Positions 17,035 through 27,196 of a DNA stretch of 64,000 nt are shown piece after piece. The notes under the pieces are model-generated. The model worked only from the letters and a program-made list of their open reading frames with translations, had not been told where the DNA came from and searched no databases. Location of the stretch: the sequence record MN850597.1. One strand, given 5' to 3'. The DNA comes from Escherichia phage isim. The position numbers and the translations under genes were made by a program. Numbering within the stretch: the stretch's first letter is position 1; the number at the start of each line of letters is the position of its first letter.

Positions 17035-18261
17035 TTAGAATGGGATGTCATCATCAAAGGCGTACTGTGCTGGATTCTGATCCATCGGGTCATCTTCCCC
17101 ATCATTTACAGGAGGAGCGTCTACAGTGTTTTGCTGTGGAGCTGCTTCCTGTTTGGCAGCCTGAGGTTCTTGATGGTCAGTTGACCCAGCACCGTTCTTG
17201 ATCCAATCGTACAACGGCTCAGCCAGATTAGTCAAGACATCTTTTGCTTCTGCAGTAATTGCCGCTGCAAAATCATCAACTTTCGTTTTCTTGTCAATAC
17301 GGCGACAAGCGTTCAACACCGCATTACCGACACTGGCACCTACTTCATCTTCAGTTCGGTTGGTGGCTTGAGCATACTCTTTCTTAAGCTCAATAGTGAC
17401 TACGTGTAGTGTTTTAGCCACTCCTAGTGGGTCGTCTACCTTAAACCCGCGATCCAGGATGATTTGCAACGCATTGATGCTATGCCCCGTTTCCACACCG
17501 ATAGGGTCGTAAGAGGATTTACGCTTGCCACCAGAGCCTTGAGTACCGTTCTCTGCCTTAGGAGGATAGGCTTTGAAACCACTGATAATGTTTCCGGTGT
17601 CTTTGTCAACAATGGCTGCAACACGACCACCTACCACCAGGTCTTTAAGCTGCTCATCAGTTACAACCATAGCACCTTCGCCAATCTTGTGGTCATTAAC
17701 AGTAACCACGTTGCCAACAATCTGAGTCACATCACCATAGATGCGTAAAACGTCCTGATTGGCATTCTGCTGAGGTTTCTGCTTCTGGCCTTGTGATTGT
17801 GCACCTTGTTGCTGTTTTTGCTGCTGAGTCGCTGCTGGAGCCTCTCCTGCACCCAGCTTAACCATCTTAGCCAGTGAGCCTTTGTAGTAGGTCTTACCGT
17901 TATGCTCGTTTGCCTTCAAAGGGATATTTACGATCCATCCTGGCGTTACGGTTTCCCACTTGTCATCAATTTTAACAGAGACAGAGTCTTGATGACCCGG
18001 TTTAAGCAGCTTATCGCCCATACTGATCCAAATTTCTTCACCACCTTGAAGTAGGTTATCAGAGGAATCCAGTTCAGAAATCAGTAAAGAGATGGTGTGG
18101 CTGGACTCAATTTTCTTACCTTGCCACACAGTGGTTTTAATACCTGTTGTAGGATCAGCACCTTTGATAGGCTTGATGCTGACGCGTTTAATCATGCCGT
18201 GAGCCAGTAAAACAGTTTCACGCGGATTCATCGGGTTAGCGAATTGTTGAATAACGCTCAT
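17035..18261 (-). CDS. putative ssDNA-binding protein with an E. coli SSB-like C-terminal tip (...AFDDDIPF) and a Gln-rich linker (408 aa)
   Basis: C-terminus DDDIPF is identical to the E. coli SSB tip; sits in the replication module. Confidence 0.5.
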   Translation of the reverse strand: MSVIQQFANPMNPRETVLLAHGMIKRVSIKPIKGADPTTGIKTTVWQGKKIESSHTISLLISELDSSDNLLQGGEEIWISMGDKLLKPGHQDSVSVKIDDKWETVTPGWIVNIPLKANEHNGKTYYKGSLAKMVKLGAGEAPAATQQQKQQQGAQSQGQKQKPQQNANQDVLRIYGDVTQIVGNVVTVNDHKIGEGAMVVTDEQLKDLVVGGRVAAIVDKDTGNIISGFKAYPPKAENGTQGSGGKRKSSYDPIGVETGHSINALQIILDRGFKVDDPLGVAKTLHVVTIELKKEYAQATNRTEDEVGASVGNAVLNACRRIDKKTKVDDFAAAITAEAKDVLTNLAEPLYDWIKNGAGSTDHQEPQAAKQEAAPQQNTVDAPPVNDGEDDPMDQNPAQYAFDDDIPF

Positions 18262-18626
18262 TATTTGTCTCCTTGTTCTTCGTTAGTGTTTGCCGTGTGT
18301 GCAAACCCTGCTTGAATTAATTTGTCCTGAACTTGAGCCAACAGGCCCATTGCAAAACTTGTGGTCCCAGAGAGGGCCATCAACATATCTCGTTGTTGAG
18401 CTACCCAACCTAAGGCATAGTCCAAACGACGATATTTTTCTTCTTCACGCAGAGCCTGAAATAATTGTTCAGCCTCCGGTTGTTGTGTGAGCTCCTGAAG
18501 TCTTCCCATGAAAGAAGAAAGCACTAGCAAAAGAGACACTTGATCTTTACTTAACCCTAAGAAAAATTCTTGAGGTTGTTCTTGCTCGTTCATCGCAACC
18601 GACTCTTGATCGTTCATTTGTTCCAT
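18261..18626 (-). CDS. hypothetical protein (121 aa)
   Basis: ORF; stop/start overlap with the SSB-like gene. Confidence 0.5.
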   Translation of the reverse strand: MEQMNDQESVAMNEQEQPQEFFLGLSKDQVSLLLVLSSFMGRLQELTQQPEAEQLFQALREEEKYRRLDYALGWVAQQRDMLMALSGTTSFAMGLLAQVQDKLIQAGFAHTANTNEEQGDK

Positions 18627-18709
18627 TATGGAATCTCCGATTTTATTTGAACAACATAGAAGGAGACACTATTTTAGCATCCCCTTCTGTAAATTACAAT
18701 AGGTATTTG

Positions 18710-18955
18710 TTAGCCAATCACTTCGAAAGTTCCCCAATTCCCGTCCAGCAGGCAGGTGATCGGATCCCCATCGTCGTCAAAGATTTCAAAGTTTTCAGCA
18801 TCCAGGATGTGGCCCTCGAACACAATACTTTCGTCGCCACCACCAGAGATAACAGCGTATTCCTTACCTTGAGTCAAGTTTTGACACCCTTTGCCACCAA
18901 AACCTACTTCAACACAACGTACTTTCTGTCCTGCGCGAGCAACTACTTCAGTCAT
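18710..18955 (-). CDS. hypothetical protein (81 aa)
   Basis: ORF in series. Confidence 0.45.
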   Translation of the reverse strand: MTEVVARAGQKVRCVEVGFGGKGCQNLTQGKEYAVISGGGDESIVFEGHILDAENFEIFDDDGDPITCLLDGNWGTFEVIG

Positions 18956-18972
18956 CTTAAGGTCTCCTGATA

Positions 18973-19293
18973 TTAATCGTCAAGTTCAAAATAGATTTTA
19001 ACAGCTTCATCAAAGATTGGAATCCCAATGTTGTTGATAAGCTGCCAAACTACCATATCTTTACCTGGATCTGGGAGAATGTCAACCTTTCTCCATGCGC
19101 TGTATATCCAGTTCGGACCACCTTCTGCACTAACTGGCAGATTTTCACCAGCCTCCTGCAGATACTTATACAGCAAAAGATATTCTGGATACTCTAGAAC
19201 ACTGTCCCCTGTAGTATATAGCAGTTCACGGTATACTTTTAAGAACCCTGCTGGGGTAATGTTTTCAGTCTTCATTTGCCGCTTCTCCTGCAT
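18973..19293 (-). CDS. hypothetical protein (106 aa)
   Basis: ORF in series. Confidence 0.5.
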   Translation of the reverse strand: MQEKRQMKTENITPAGFLKVYRELLYTTGDSVLEYPEYLLLYKYLQEAGENLPVSAEGGPNWIYSAWRKVDILPDPGKDMVVWQLINNIGIPIFDEAVKIYFELDD

Positions 19294-19657
19294 TCATCAG
19301 GTCTGCCATAGCGTCACCTACGAAGAGAACAACCACATCGTTGACAGCGTCAGCATCATCTTTATTGACGTTGCTGAATTTAGGACACACCGCAATGATC
19401 ATATAGACACCGTTACCAACCTGAACTGTCCGTGTGGTGCACATCATGGCGGTATTTGTGCCTTCTTTGAAGGCGAAGCCTTGAAGACGCTCCTCTAAAG
19501 TGTTACCGGTAGATTTCAGAAGCGCCAGCTCGTCCAAGGCATAGATGATATCTCCGGAAGTTAGTGTTGCCTTGCCATCAGACACCATAATAACTCCATC
19601 AGCACCGTCAAGCTTAGAGGCTTCAAAGATATCAATATCCCAAATATTTTTCATCAC
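19265..19657 (-). CDS. hypothetical protein (130 aa)
   Basis: ORF in series. Confidence 0.5.
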   Translation of the reverse strand: MMKNIWDIDIFEASKLDGADGVIMVSDGKATLTSGDIIYALDELALLKSTGNTLEERLQGFAFKEGTNTAMMCTTRTVQVGNGVYMIIAVCPKFSNVNKDDADAVNDVVVLFVGDAMADLMNAGEAANED

Positions 19658-19974
19658 GCTTCCTCGTCGTCTAAAGAGTTGAAGATTTCACCGAAGTATT
19701 CTAAGACTTCTAGCTCCCGTGTGGTGCAGAAAACACAGTCACCGTTGTCATCCTCGATAACGGCCTCTTTACCCAGCACATCTACTTCAAGTTTATCGTT
19801 CAACAGGACAGCCCCTGTGTAAACTTTGTCGGCTGTGCAGTCCCGAAAAGCAGAGTCTTTCTCCAGATAGTCTGGCTTAACCTTGGCTTTAATTCGTTGG
19901 TATTGTTTGGTCATTGCTGTGGTCCCCTTTCGTTTTGATAGGGCCATTATATTAGGCCCCATCACTGTTGTCAA
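19654..19974 (-). CDS. hypothetical protein, paralog of 19978..20232 (106 aa)
   Basis: Shared pattern AF(R/K)DCT...Y...DD(N/E)GD(C/S)V(F/W)CT with its neighbour. Confidence 0.5.
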   Translation of the reverse strand: MTTVMGPNIMALSKRKGTTAMTKQYQRIKAKVKPDYLEKDSAFRDCTADKVYTGAVLLNDKLEVDVLGKEAVIEDDNGDCVFCTTRELEVLEYFGEIFNSLDDEEA

Positions 19975-19977
19975 GTA

Positions 19978-20232
19978 TTAATGTTCAGGTTTTACAAAAA
20001 CTACTTCATTAACAGTGCACCATACAGAGTCTCCTTCATCATCTTTAAAGGTAAGGCACTGTGCTGAGTTTTCCAGCTCATCGATCTCTTCTTGTGATAA
20101 AGGGGCCCCTTCTTCCAGGAGGGCTTTTACCAGAGGGTTCTCACAAAACTCTGCTTCATAAATTGCACCGACTGTGCAATCTTTAAAAGCTCGGTCATTT
20201 GCAACGCATTCTGACTTCAAAGTAATTTTCAT
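19978..20232 (-). CDS. hypothetical protein, paralog of 19654..19974 (84 aa)
   Basis: See neighbour. Confidence 0.5.
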   Translation of the reverse strand: MKITLKSECVANDRAFKDCTVGAIYEAEFCENPLVKALLEEGAPLSQEEIDELENSAQCLTFKDDEGDSVWCTVNEVVFVKPEH

Positions 20233-20308
20233 CTTAACAGTCTCCTTAGTTATTTAAAAATCAACACTCTGTTTGTGCGAAGCATCTTATATCTAATCTT
20301 ACTTCTTG

Positions 20309-20707
20309 TCAATGGCTATTTTCAATCAGCCACACAGGGTCTAGGTAAATTTGTTGGCGTGTTGCCCAATGACAAACTTCATTGTACATCTGAATCTCTT
20401 TGTCAGTCAGTTCACGAATAGGCTCATCTATACCCTCATTTTTGTGGTAATCCCAGTCGGCATCGATTTCCCACAACCATGACTTGTTGTCACCACGCTT
20501 ACGCACACAGAAGTCACCGGGACGGCCTGCCAATGCATTTAAGAACTCGTTCTCCGCTCGCTCCTGAAGAATACTAAGGAGCAAAACGTTAGAGCATGAC
20601 CGTAAAATATGCTTCAGCTCACAATCATCAATCTCAACTTCAATACGTTGTTTGACTGTGTGGGTACCTTTTACTAACATCCTACCTCCTCTAAACGAAC
20701 TCTGCAA
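20309..20707 (-). CDS. hypothetical protein (132 aa)
   Basis: ORF in series. Confidence 0.5.
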   Translation of the reverse strand: MQSSFRGGRMLVKGTHTVKQRIEVEIDDCELKHILRSCSNVLLLSILQERAENEFLNALAGRPGDFCVRKRGDNKSWLWEIDADWDYHKNEGIDEPIRELTDKEIQMYNEVCHWATRQQIYLDPVWLIENSH

Positions 20708-20885
20708 GAGTTGTGTTGTTCACTGCACCGCAGTAAATGGAGTATCCCAGCCCATTAGAGTGCAGAAACCACGGCGTGCCGAAATTATCTTTCACGTAGA
20801 CATCACCGTTGTTTGTAAAGGGCCAATATTCTTCCCCAAGGGTAAAATACCTATTCATACCTTCAGCAAGATACTTTACTTTCAT
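20691..20885 (-). CDS. small protein, member of a three-gene paralog set (64 aa)
   Basis: Shares F..G..Y......(I/V)KD..G..W(Y/F) with the next two ORFs. Confidence 0.45.
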   Translation of the reverse strand: MKVKYLAEGMNRYFTLGEEYWPFTNNGDVYVKDNFGTPWFLHSNGLGYSIYCGAVNNTTLAEFV

Positions 20886-21109
20886 AGGTCCTCTTCAACA
20901 ACTACAAACTTGGCAAGCAAAGTGGTTCCGTAGATATGATACTCACCGTTTGCCAGGTGAGAGATATACCAGGCAACCCCTTCCTCATCTTTAATCATTT
21001 TGTTTGCACGGGCTTTATCGTAATAAACCTCGTAGGTCTTTCCTTCTTTAAAGAATGACAGGTCTGTCATCTTTTCTTCTACAAAGGTAGCTTTAACCAA
21101 AGTCGTCAT
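20882..21109 (-). CDS. small protein, paralog family member (75 aa)
   Basis: FKEGKTYEVYY...IKDEEGVAWYI pattern. Confidence 0.5.
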   Translation of the reverse strand: MTTLVKATFVEEKMTDLSFFKEGKTYEVYYDKARANKMIKDEEGVAWYISHLANGEYHIYGTTLLAKFVVVEEDL

Positions 21110-21480
21110 TGATCGGTCTCCTTCTTGTTAAGTCTGAATACTGCAATAATAGTATTCCCAAGGTGCAGTGTCAAGTCATTTCCAAGATACCACAGCATCC
21201 CACGGTCATCTTTAATGAAAGGGTAACAATCTGGTGCCTTCCAGACATTGTACACTTTCCCAACCTGAAAGAAATCAGGCCCTGTTGGTATTTTGGTGCC
21301 AGGCCACACTTGAGATACCTGAACACACTCCACCTGCATAATAACAGGAATGGTCATGGATGTAAATGTTTTTGTTGACTCTACTACCATAAAAGTCTCC
21401 TCTTTGCTCAACAGCACCTCCCTGTGCTGATAGTTTACATTAGTGACAATCACCCCAATTACGACCACACAAGTATTCAC
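21106..21480 (-). CDS. protein with C-terminal paralog-family domain (124 aa)
   Basis: C-terminal FQVGKVYNVWK...IKDDRGMLWYL pattern. Confidence 0.45.
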   Translation of the reverse strand: MNTCVVVIGVIVTNVNYQHREVLLSKEETFMVVESTKTFTSMTIPVIMQVECVQVSQVWPGTKIPTGPDFFQVGKVYNVWKAPDCYPFIKDDRGMLWYLGNDLTLHLGNTIIAVFRLNKKETDQ

Positions 21481-21793
21481 CTGTGATCTGGAACGGGACT
21501 CCCATCATTTTAGAAGCTTGCCAGAAGCAATGCACCACCATTTCACCCACAGGGCTCCAGATAAGTTCAAGCTTTCCGTCATCGTTCAGGATAGGATCGT
21601 ACACCGTGTTTCCGTCTCTGTCAACCACTTCGTTTCCGTTTTCATCCTTGCGTGCCTTTTTGTACTTATGACCGTCAAACACATGAAGTTTGGCCTCCTG
21701 CTCTGCCTTAAATGCTTCCAATTCTTCAATTGTGTCGAAGGTGTACACAGTCTTATACTTAGGCGTGTCAGGGACCTGAAGTTGGTACTCATC
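21440..21793 (-). CDS. DNA polymerase C-terminal exon (begins DEYQLQV = motif C, ends ...GRNWGDCH)
   Basis: C-terminus resembles the T7 gp5 end (...GPNWAICH); the frame is open upstream of the listed TTG; no RBS for independent initiation. Confidence 0.55.
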   Translation of the reverse strand, partial: DEYQLQVPDTPKYKTVYTFDTIEELEAFKAEQEAKLHVFDGHKYKKARKDENGNEVVDRDGNTVYDPILNDDGKLELIWSPVGEMVVHCFWQASKMMGVPFQITGEYLCGRNWGDCH

Positions 21794-22635
21794 CAATAGT
21801 TCAGGTAGGTCGTTAAGCTACCCCGCACCATTACGTGCACAGCCATACGGTTTCCTGTATGGATCGGACTATCTCACTACCTTGTTACCAAGGCACCTCT
21901 CATTTCGACCGCACTTGCTGGCCTACTCTACTCGCTTCTTCACACCAAACTATGTTGGAGCTATGCTTTCGATAGTCTCTGAACGTTACTACCAGGTGTA
22001 GTTTTTAGAGATATGTTTCCACTGTCTTCTTTGCTTTATGGCTCTGACCGTCTCATAAGGATACCCAAGATCCCTAATCTCACATTGTCGTAGACCACTC
22101 TGCAACAGTTCACAAATCTCCATTACCTCATCCTCGGTCAGCACAGCGTTGGCATTATACTCACCGACTGGCCTTACTCTGAGCTCATTATCGTAGGCGT
22201 GTTTGATATTTTCACCGGGGGTAGTCCATTCCAGGTTCCAGTATGCATTGTTGTACTTATTTCCATCCTTATGGTTCACCCATGTGAGCTTTTCAGGATC
22301 AGGGTTCGGTACAAAGCATTCAGCAACCAAGTGGTGGACACCTTTTGTGCACTGCCTTCCATCGATGAGCATGGTTACGCAAAGGTAACCTCTACCATTA
22401 TCAAAACAAAACATTGTTGTATGATCACGTTTCGATAAAGGTATTGTTCCATCATCAAACACGATATACCCGTGATAATCAGCTGATCTAGCCATTTTAA
22501 CTACACCCCTTTAGTCTTCGCTGCGGATTAGCATATTGAGTTTTTACCATGTTTAGGTGTAAAAGTCAACTTAGCCTTCCCGTCAATTAAAGAGGTTTTC
22601 GACGTGCATCACTGCACGAAGCCACAATGTTATTT
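21794..22635 (-). mobile_element. putative group I intron (about 842 nt) interrupting the DNA polymerase gene inside motif C and carrying an HNH endonuclease ORF
   Basis: Exon 1 ends ...IIYYH then stops 2 codons later; exon 2 begins DEYQ; proposed 5' junction follows a U and the 3' junction follows a G. Confidence 0.5.
21989..22495 (-). CDS. HNH homing endonuclease (168 aa)
   Basis: VHHLVAECFVPNP...VNHKDGNKYNN...NLEWTTPGEN matches the HNH homing-endonuclease signature. Confidence 0.8.
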   Translation of the reverse strand: MARSADYHGYIVFDDGTIPLSKRDHTTMFCFDNGRGYLCVTMLIDGRQCTKGVHHLVAECFVPNPDPEKLTWVNHKDGNKYNNAYWNLEWTTPGENIKHAYDNELRVRPVGEYNANAVLTEDEVMEICELLQSGLRQCEIRDLGYPYETVRAIKQRRQWKHISKNYTW

Positions 22636-25059
22636 ATGGTAATAGATAATACGACGAACACCTTCATCGTACCACCCACGCTTCACCATTTGGTGGTGCA
22701 TAAGTATCCCAACTAAGTCACACAGCGATGCACCACCATTCTGTTGGTATGCATTAAGTAAAGAGTGTTTAGATCGGGTCCAGATGGCATGACCATCAAA
22801 AGAGTAGATAAACTTCTTACCCGTTGCTTCCCAGAATTTCTCCAGATCCTCTTTACGCCCCTTAAGACCAGGGTTGGCATCCCAAAGTGCATCGATCACC
22901 CTTTGTCCCAACTCTGGAGAGATGTCCAGCATATCTGCAACTTTATCTTTTTGTGCCCCGTACATAACCCCATACGTGATAGGTTTACCGTCGTTACGAG
23001 ACACCTCTCTGCCTGCTACTTTTGTATATGCCTCAGCATTGTTTTGGTGTGCGTCCCCGTTACTTACAACATCATAATACAAGCCGTTGTCGAACTCAAA
23101 GGCACCCCAAGCCCCGATAAGCTGCTCTAAGTTGGACCCGTCAATACCGATCTCAAAGTATCCTGGAGGAACACCCCACAGACTACGCATCTCTTTACCC
23201 ATAACCACTTTAGGAGATGGTTTAGGCATGTTTGCACAAATACTGTGTTTCTGTCTGGAAGTGTTTGTTAATCCAGAGCTTTTAGCAGGAAGCTTATGGT
23301 CAATCTTCAAACGTGGGTGATTAAGAAGACCAGTATCAACCTTATCCTCCTTAATTGGATCAAGGACCGATCTGCGGTTTCGCAATGATAACCACAAGAC
23401 GATATCTTTAGCCATCTCTCCGTTCAATTTTTCAAGATTCGGACATAGGTGTCCAAACGTATCTTTCAGTTGCGGAGAAGTAATAAGTGCTCTGGCTTTT
23501 CTACGTATTTTCCCGAATACTTCCTTTTTAATCCTTTCGGAGTTAGGAAAGCTTCGGAACTTGTGCACGGTTGTCTGGAACTTAGCATCAGTTTTGTTCC
23601 AGAAGTTGATAATCAGGTCACAATACTCTGACTCTAAAAGCTCGTCCATATATGCATATACTCGTGCATCAACATCTGCATCAGGTAGAGCTTTCTTCTT
23701 GCTGTCTTTAGTTACATCCTTAGTTCTCCACATTGTCGGAAGCCAACCAGCACTGATCAGGTATCGCTTAATATCGTCCTGATTGCTGATTTTCATAGGT
23801 ATCTTGCAGTCAGGCATTCGCTTCTGCTGCAGATCGCTTATTGCCTGATCCATCAGCTCTTTAGGTAAAGGTTGTGGTGTGGAGGTGCCCTTAATATAAC
23901 CTCTCAAGAAATCAGCCATCTTGTCTGGGTCTTTGCAGCCCATCTCTTCACACCATTTTATCCCCATTTTACTGACATCTCCTGTGGAGGTAAATGCTCG
24001 CTTAGGTGGGGCTTTGAACTCTAAAGCGCTCATGTCTACAGGATAGCCAAGCTTATCTTTTAACCATTTCCAACCATTATTGGAGATTGTCCCATCTTGG
24101 TTAAACGGCTTTTCAGGGAACTTGGGCCGCTGAGACATTGACAGCTCTTTTAAAGGTAGTTGTGGTTCAACACGATCAGCTATTTCTTTCATCCACGCAT
24201 CGCAACGGTCACGTAAAGCAATAGCCCCGTCTATGTCGAAATACACACCCTGACGGGCCTGCAGCTCCATCAGGAAGTGCTGCAGCATGCCTCGGCGTAA
24301 TGCGTTCTTCCAGGTGATCTTCTTGAACCCTTTTGGCTTCTCTTTGGCAGGATCGTACATAAAGTTCTGCATGTCAGATTTGCCGTAGAATACACCTTTT
24401 GATTCCGCTACCAGCTCTTTCCAGAGCAGCTCCTGGATGATAACGTCCTCGAATACACGATCCACATACTTCCACAGCGGAAGATCGCGCCAGTCATCAA
24501 TTTGAACTTTCTGGTTACCAAGAGCGTAGCCCCATGCCATAAGGCCGTGAGGACCAACAGGCTGCATTTTCTTAGTAACCGGGTTGAATACAGAGTCCGG
24601 GCAACCTTTTGGTAAAGGGCGATCAGGCCACAAGATTCGGCTCATCGCCAACGTATCGAACAGGTTAACCTGGTGGTCGTTGATAGTCCCCATACATTTA
24701 GGATCACGGAACATATCAAAATGAATACCGGATAATCTCTCCATCAGCATAAAGTCATAACTGTAGCAGTTATGGCAGTTCAAAGCTGTTGGTGACCAGT
24801 CGGAATTTCCTGTAAGCCAACCTTCCAACTCCGAAAAATCTGCTATGCGAACTTCAAAATCTTTATAAAGAGTTTTCTTTGCCAGAATAAAGTTCTTAGC
24901 CTTCTCTATATCCTCCTCGGAGTAGTGTGTGCGGTCATTTAGAGGAAGGAACAGCATAAAACGGTTCTTATTCAGCTCTTTAAACAGGCCGCAATGATAA
25001 TAAAGATCTGGGTCTTCCAGCAAACCGGATGACTCAAAATCGAACGACCACATGCTCAT
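22636..25059 (-). CDS. DNA polymerase, family A (T7 gp5-like), N-terminal exon with 3'-5' exonuclease and polymerase motifs A and B; ORF stop at 22630
   Basis: Exo I FDFESSGLLE...HCG (T7 DIEANALLE...HCG), motif A GIDGSNLEQ, motif B RNDGKPITYGVMYGA, then FDGHAIWTRSKHSLLNAY; the HDE motif is missing from this ORF. Confidence 0.85.
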
Positions 25060-25117
25060 ATACAGTTCTCCTTAAAGGGGAGGCGGTTGTACTACCCCTC
25101 CCACTCTTTGTTAAACA

Positions 25118-27196
25118 TTAAAAAGGTGTTTCATCATCCTCAAAACCAGGAACATGGTCAGAGGACGGATCATCGTACTGGAGGTCTTCCTGCGTGTCAA
25201 CAGGCTTAACAGTAGGAGTTACAACCTTATCAGCCACAACCTTACCCATAGGTGTTTCTACAACTGCATGCTCCTGATCCTCAAACATAGCCTGAGGTCT
25301 CCAAACAACCTCCCCACCTTCTCCATCTGTAAACATTTGCATTTCTTTGTCCCAGTACCAATTACTGGCATCATGGAACTTACCTGTATGTGGGTCCATA
25401 ACCAAAGTGTCTGCAATACCTAAAGTTTTTGCTGGACGGTTTTTAAGACCTACCAGTCGGACACGCCCACGAGAACGATCCACCATTTCTTCGGCCTCGA
25501 CACCTATGACTACCCAACTCAACTGTTCAAGCCCAGCCGATCCTCGCAAATTCTCTTTTCGCACAGGATACCAGAAAGGTAACGGGTTACCATCCTTGTC
25601 CTTAGGAGGCACAATCTCTGTACGTTTGAGGTGAGCGATCACCAAGATAAACACATTGAACTGCTTACAAAACGCAGCCAGCTGGGTCATAGCCATGTCC
25701 AGTTCTTTTCGCTCATCCTTAACATTAAGCCCCGAAATTACCATGGACAGGTGATCCAGCACAATATAACGGCAATGGTACAGGCAAACCATTTGCTTAA
25801 GCTTGGTAATCAACTCGTCCACCGGAATAGACCCGAAATGTTTGAACACTTTGATTTTTCCAGCTTTTGCCCATGATTGGTGAATCTCTGCGTGTTCTTG
25901 ATCAGTTAAAAACTGGCTAGGATCTTCAACAAACTCTTTAACATCAAACCCTAGCTGGTTTGCATACAAGGAGTTAATTGCTTCCTCTGGGTCCTCCTCA
26001 AGATGGATCATGCATAGACGATCATCCTCTTCATAGTCATCGGCCTTCGGGCATGTCGGGTCCATCAAGTATCTTGCAATACAATGTTCCAGTTTTTTAG
26101 CTACAGTTGTTTTACCGCCCCCTGATGGCCCTGTAAGCATTACGAGTGTCCCTTTGTGCAAGCCTTTTAGCATTTTTTGCAGTTTTGGAAACTCTGCGCT
26201 GATATCTACCCCGTTGGAAGTCTTTTTCCGCAAAGATTCGATAGAGAAGTCTTCTAAATCCGACACAGCATCAGGCACATACTTAACAGGATGCCGGAAC
26301 ATGTTTACAATATCTTCCAGCTTTTTAGCCTTTAGCATGTCACGGATATCTTTTACACCGTCAGGATCGTTTACCTCACCGGGGTATTCTACGTGGTAAA
26401 CGTTATCAGCCATCAAAAATGCTGCGATATTGTGCGTTGCCTCAACACCTTTAATGACGTGTTTTTGCTTCTCTACCTCGTTAGCTGCATCGTTATCCAT
26501 TGCCAGCACAACTGTTCCATAGCTACGGATAAACTTCTCATTGTTTGCAAAAGTATCTACTGCGTTTGCACATCCACAGTTAATTCCAACAAAAGGCAGG
26601 CATGGTTTTCCTGCCAGATCGCCACCGTTGATAACTGCATCGATCCCGTCCTGGACCTCTTTAGCCCACTGTTTCACCTTTGCCGGGGCTTTAGCGTTGG
26701 TGAGAATCCCTTTTACTTGTATCTGATATGCAGCCTGCCATGCTGCAATAACATCACCTTCTCCCTCACAAACGTTAATCTGCTTACGGTTGTTGGAAGA
26801 TGCACACAGCTTTTGACCAAACATCTGAGAGTTAGCCTTTACTATGCCAACAACGGAGAAATGGCCTCTTTGCTCTTTAGGAATCGTCCAGTCACGCTTT
26901 TTGAAACCGGACAGATTTCCGTAGCGGTCGTAATATGGGAAATATGTTGCAGTGACTGTCACACCATCTTCTTGGGATAATGCTGATCGCACACCAAAAT
27001 ATTGTGCAGCCATCAGACCGATATTTTGTTGTGGGACAGGGACAATTTTAGTATTTTCTAAAACAGTCTCTACAGTTTCAACTTCTTTTTCATCACGATA
27101 GTCTCGTTTCACACTTCCCCCACTTTTATACTTAGTTGCTTTCGGGTTTGGCTCACCGAAACGGTTGTATGCAGATGCCATAAATTTACTTCCCAT
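25118..27196 (-). CDS. DNA primase/helicase (TOPRIM primase plus DnaB-like helicase, T7 gp4-like) with acidic C-terminal tail ending ...EDDETPF (692 aa)
   Basis: TOPRIM EGEGD and MDNDAAN; Walker A GPSGGGKTT; acidic tail ending in Phe. Confidence 0.8.
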   Translation of the reverse strand: MGSKFMASAYNRFGEPNPKATKYKSGGSVKRDYRDEKEVETVETVLENTKIVPVPQQNIGLMAAQYFGVRSALSQEDGVTVTATYFPYYDRYGNLSGFKKRDWTIPKEQRGHFSVVGIVKANSQMFGQKLCASSNNRKQINVCEGEGDVIAAWQAAYQIQVKGILTNAKAPAKVKQWAKEVQDGIDAVINGGDLAGKPCLPFVGINCGCANAVDTFANNEKFIRSYGTVVLAMDNDAANEVEKQKHVIKGVEATHNIAAFLMADNVYHVEYPGEVNDPDGVKDIRDMLKAKKLEDIVNMFRHPVKYVPDAVSDLEDFSIESLRKKTSNGVDISAEFPKLQKMLKGLHKGTLVMLTGPSGGGKTTVAKKLEHCIARYLMDPTCPKADDYEEDDRLCMIHLEEDPEEAINSLYANQLGFDVKEFVEDPSQFLTDQEHAEIHQSWAKAGKIKVFKHFGSIPVDELITKLKQMVCLYHCRYIVLDHLSMVISGLNVKDERKELDMAMTQLAAFCKQFNVFILVIAHLKRTEIVPPKDKDGNPLPFWYPVRKENLRGSAGLEQLSWVVIGVEAEEMVDRSRGRVRLVGLKNRPAKTLGIADTLVMDPHTGKFHDASNWYWDKEMQMFTDGEGGEVVWRPQAMFEDQEHAVVETPMGKVVADKVVTPTVKPVDTQEDLQYDDPSSDHVPGFEDDETPF

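Noticed and set aside
22630-22728. Reading the polymerase ORF's own C-terminus (...GWYDEGVRRIIYYHK) as containing motif C
   Set aside because: The YDE in GWYDEG aligns with the T7 GWDGDF segment upstream of motif C, not with HDE; the real motif C equivalent is restored only by joining ...YYH to the downstream DEYQLQV exon.
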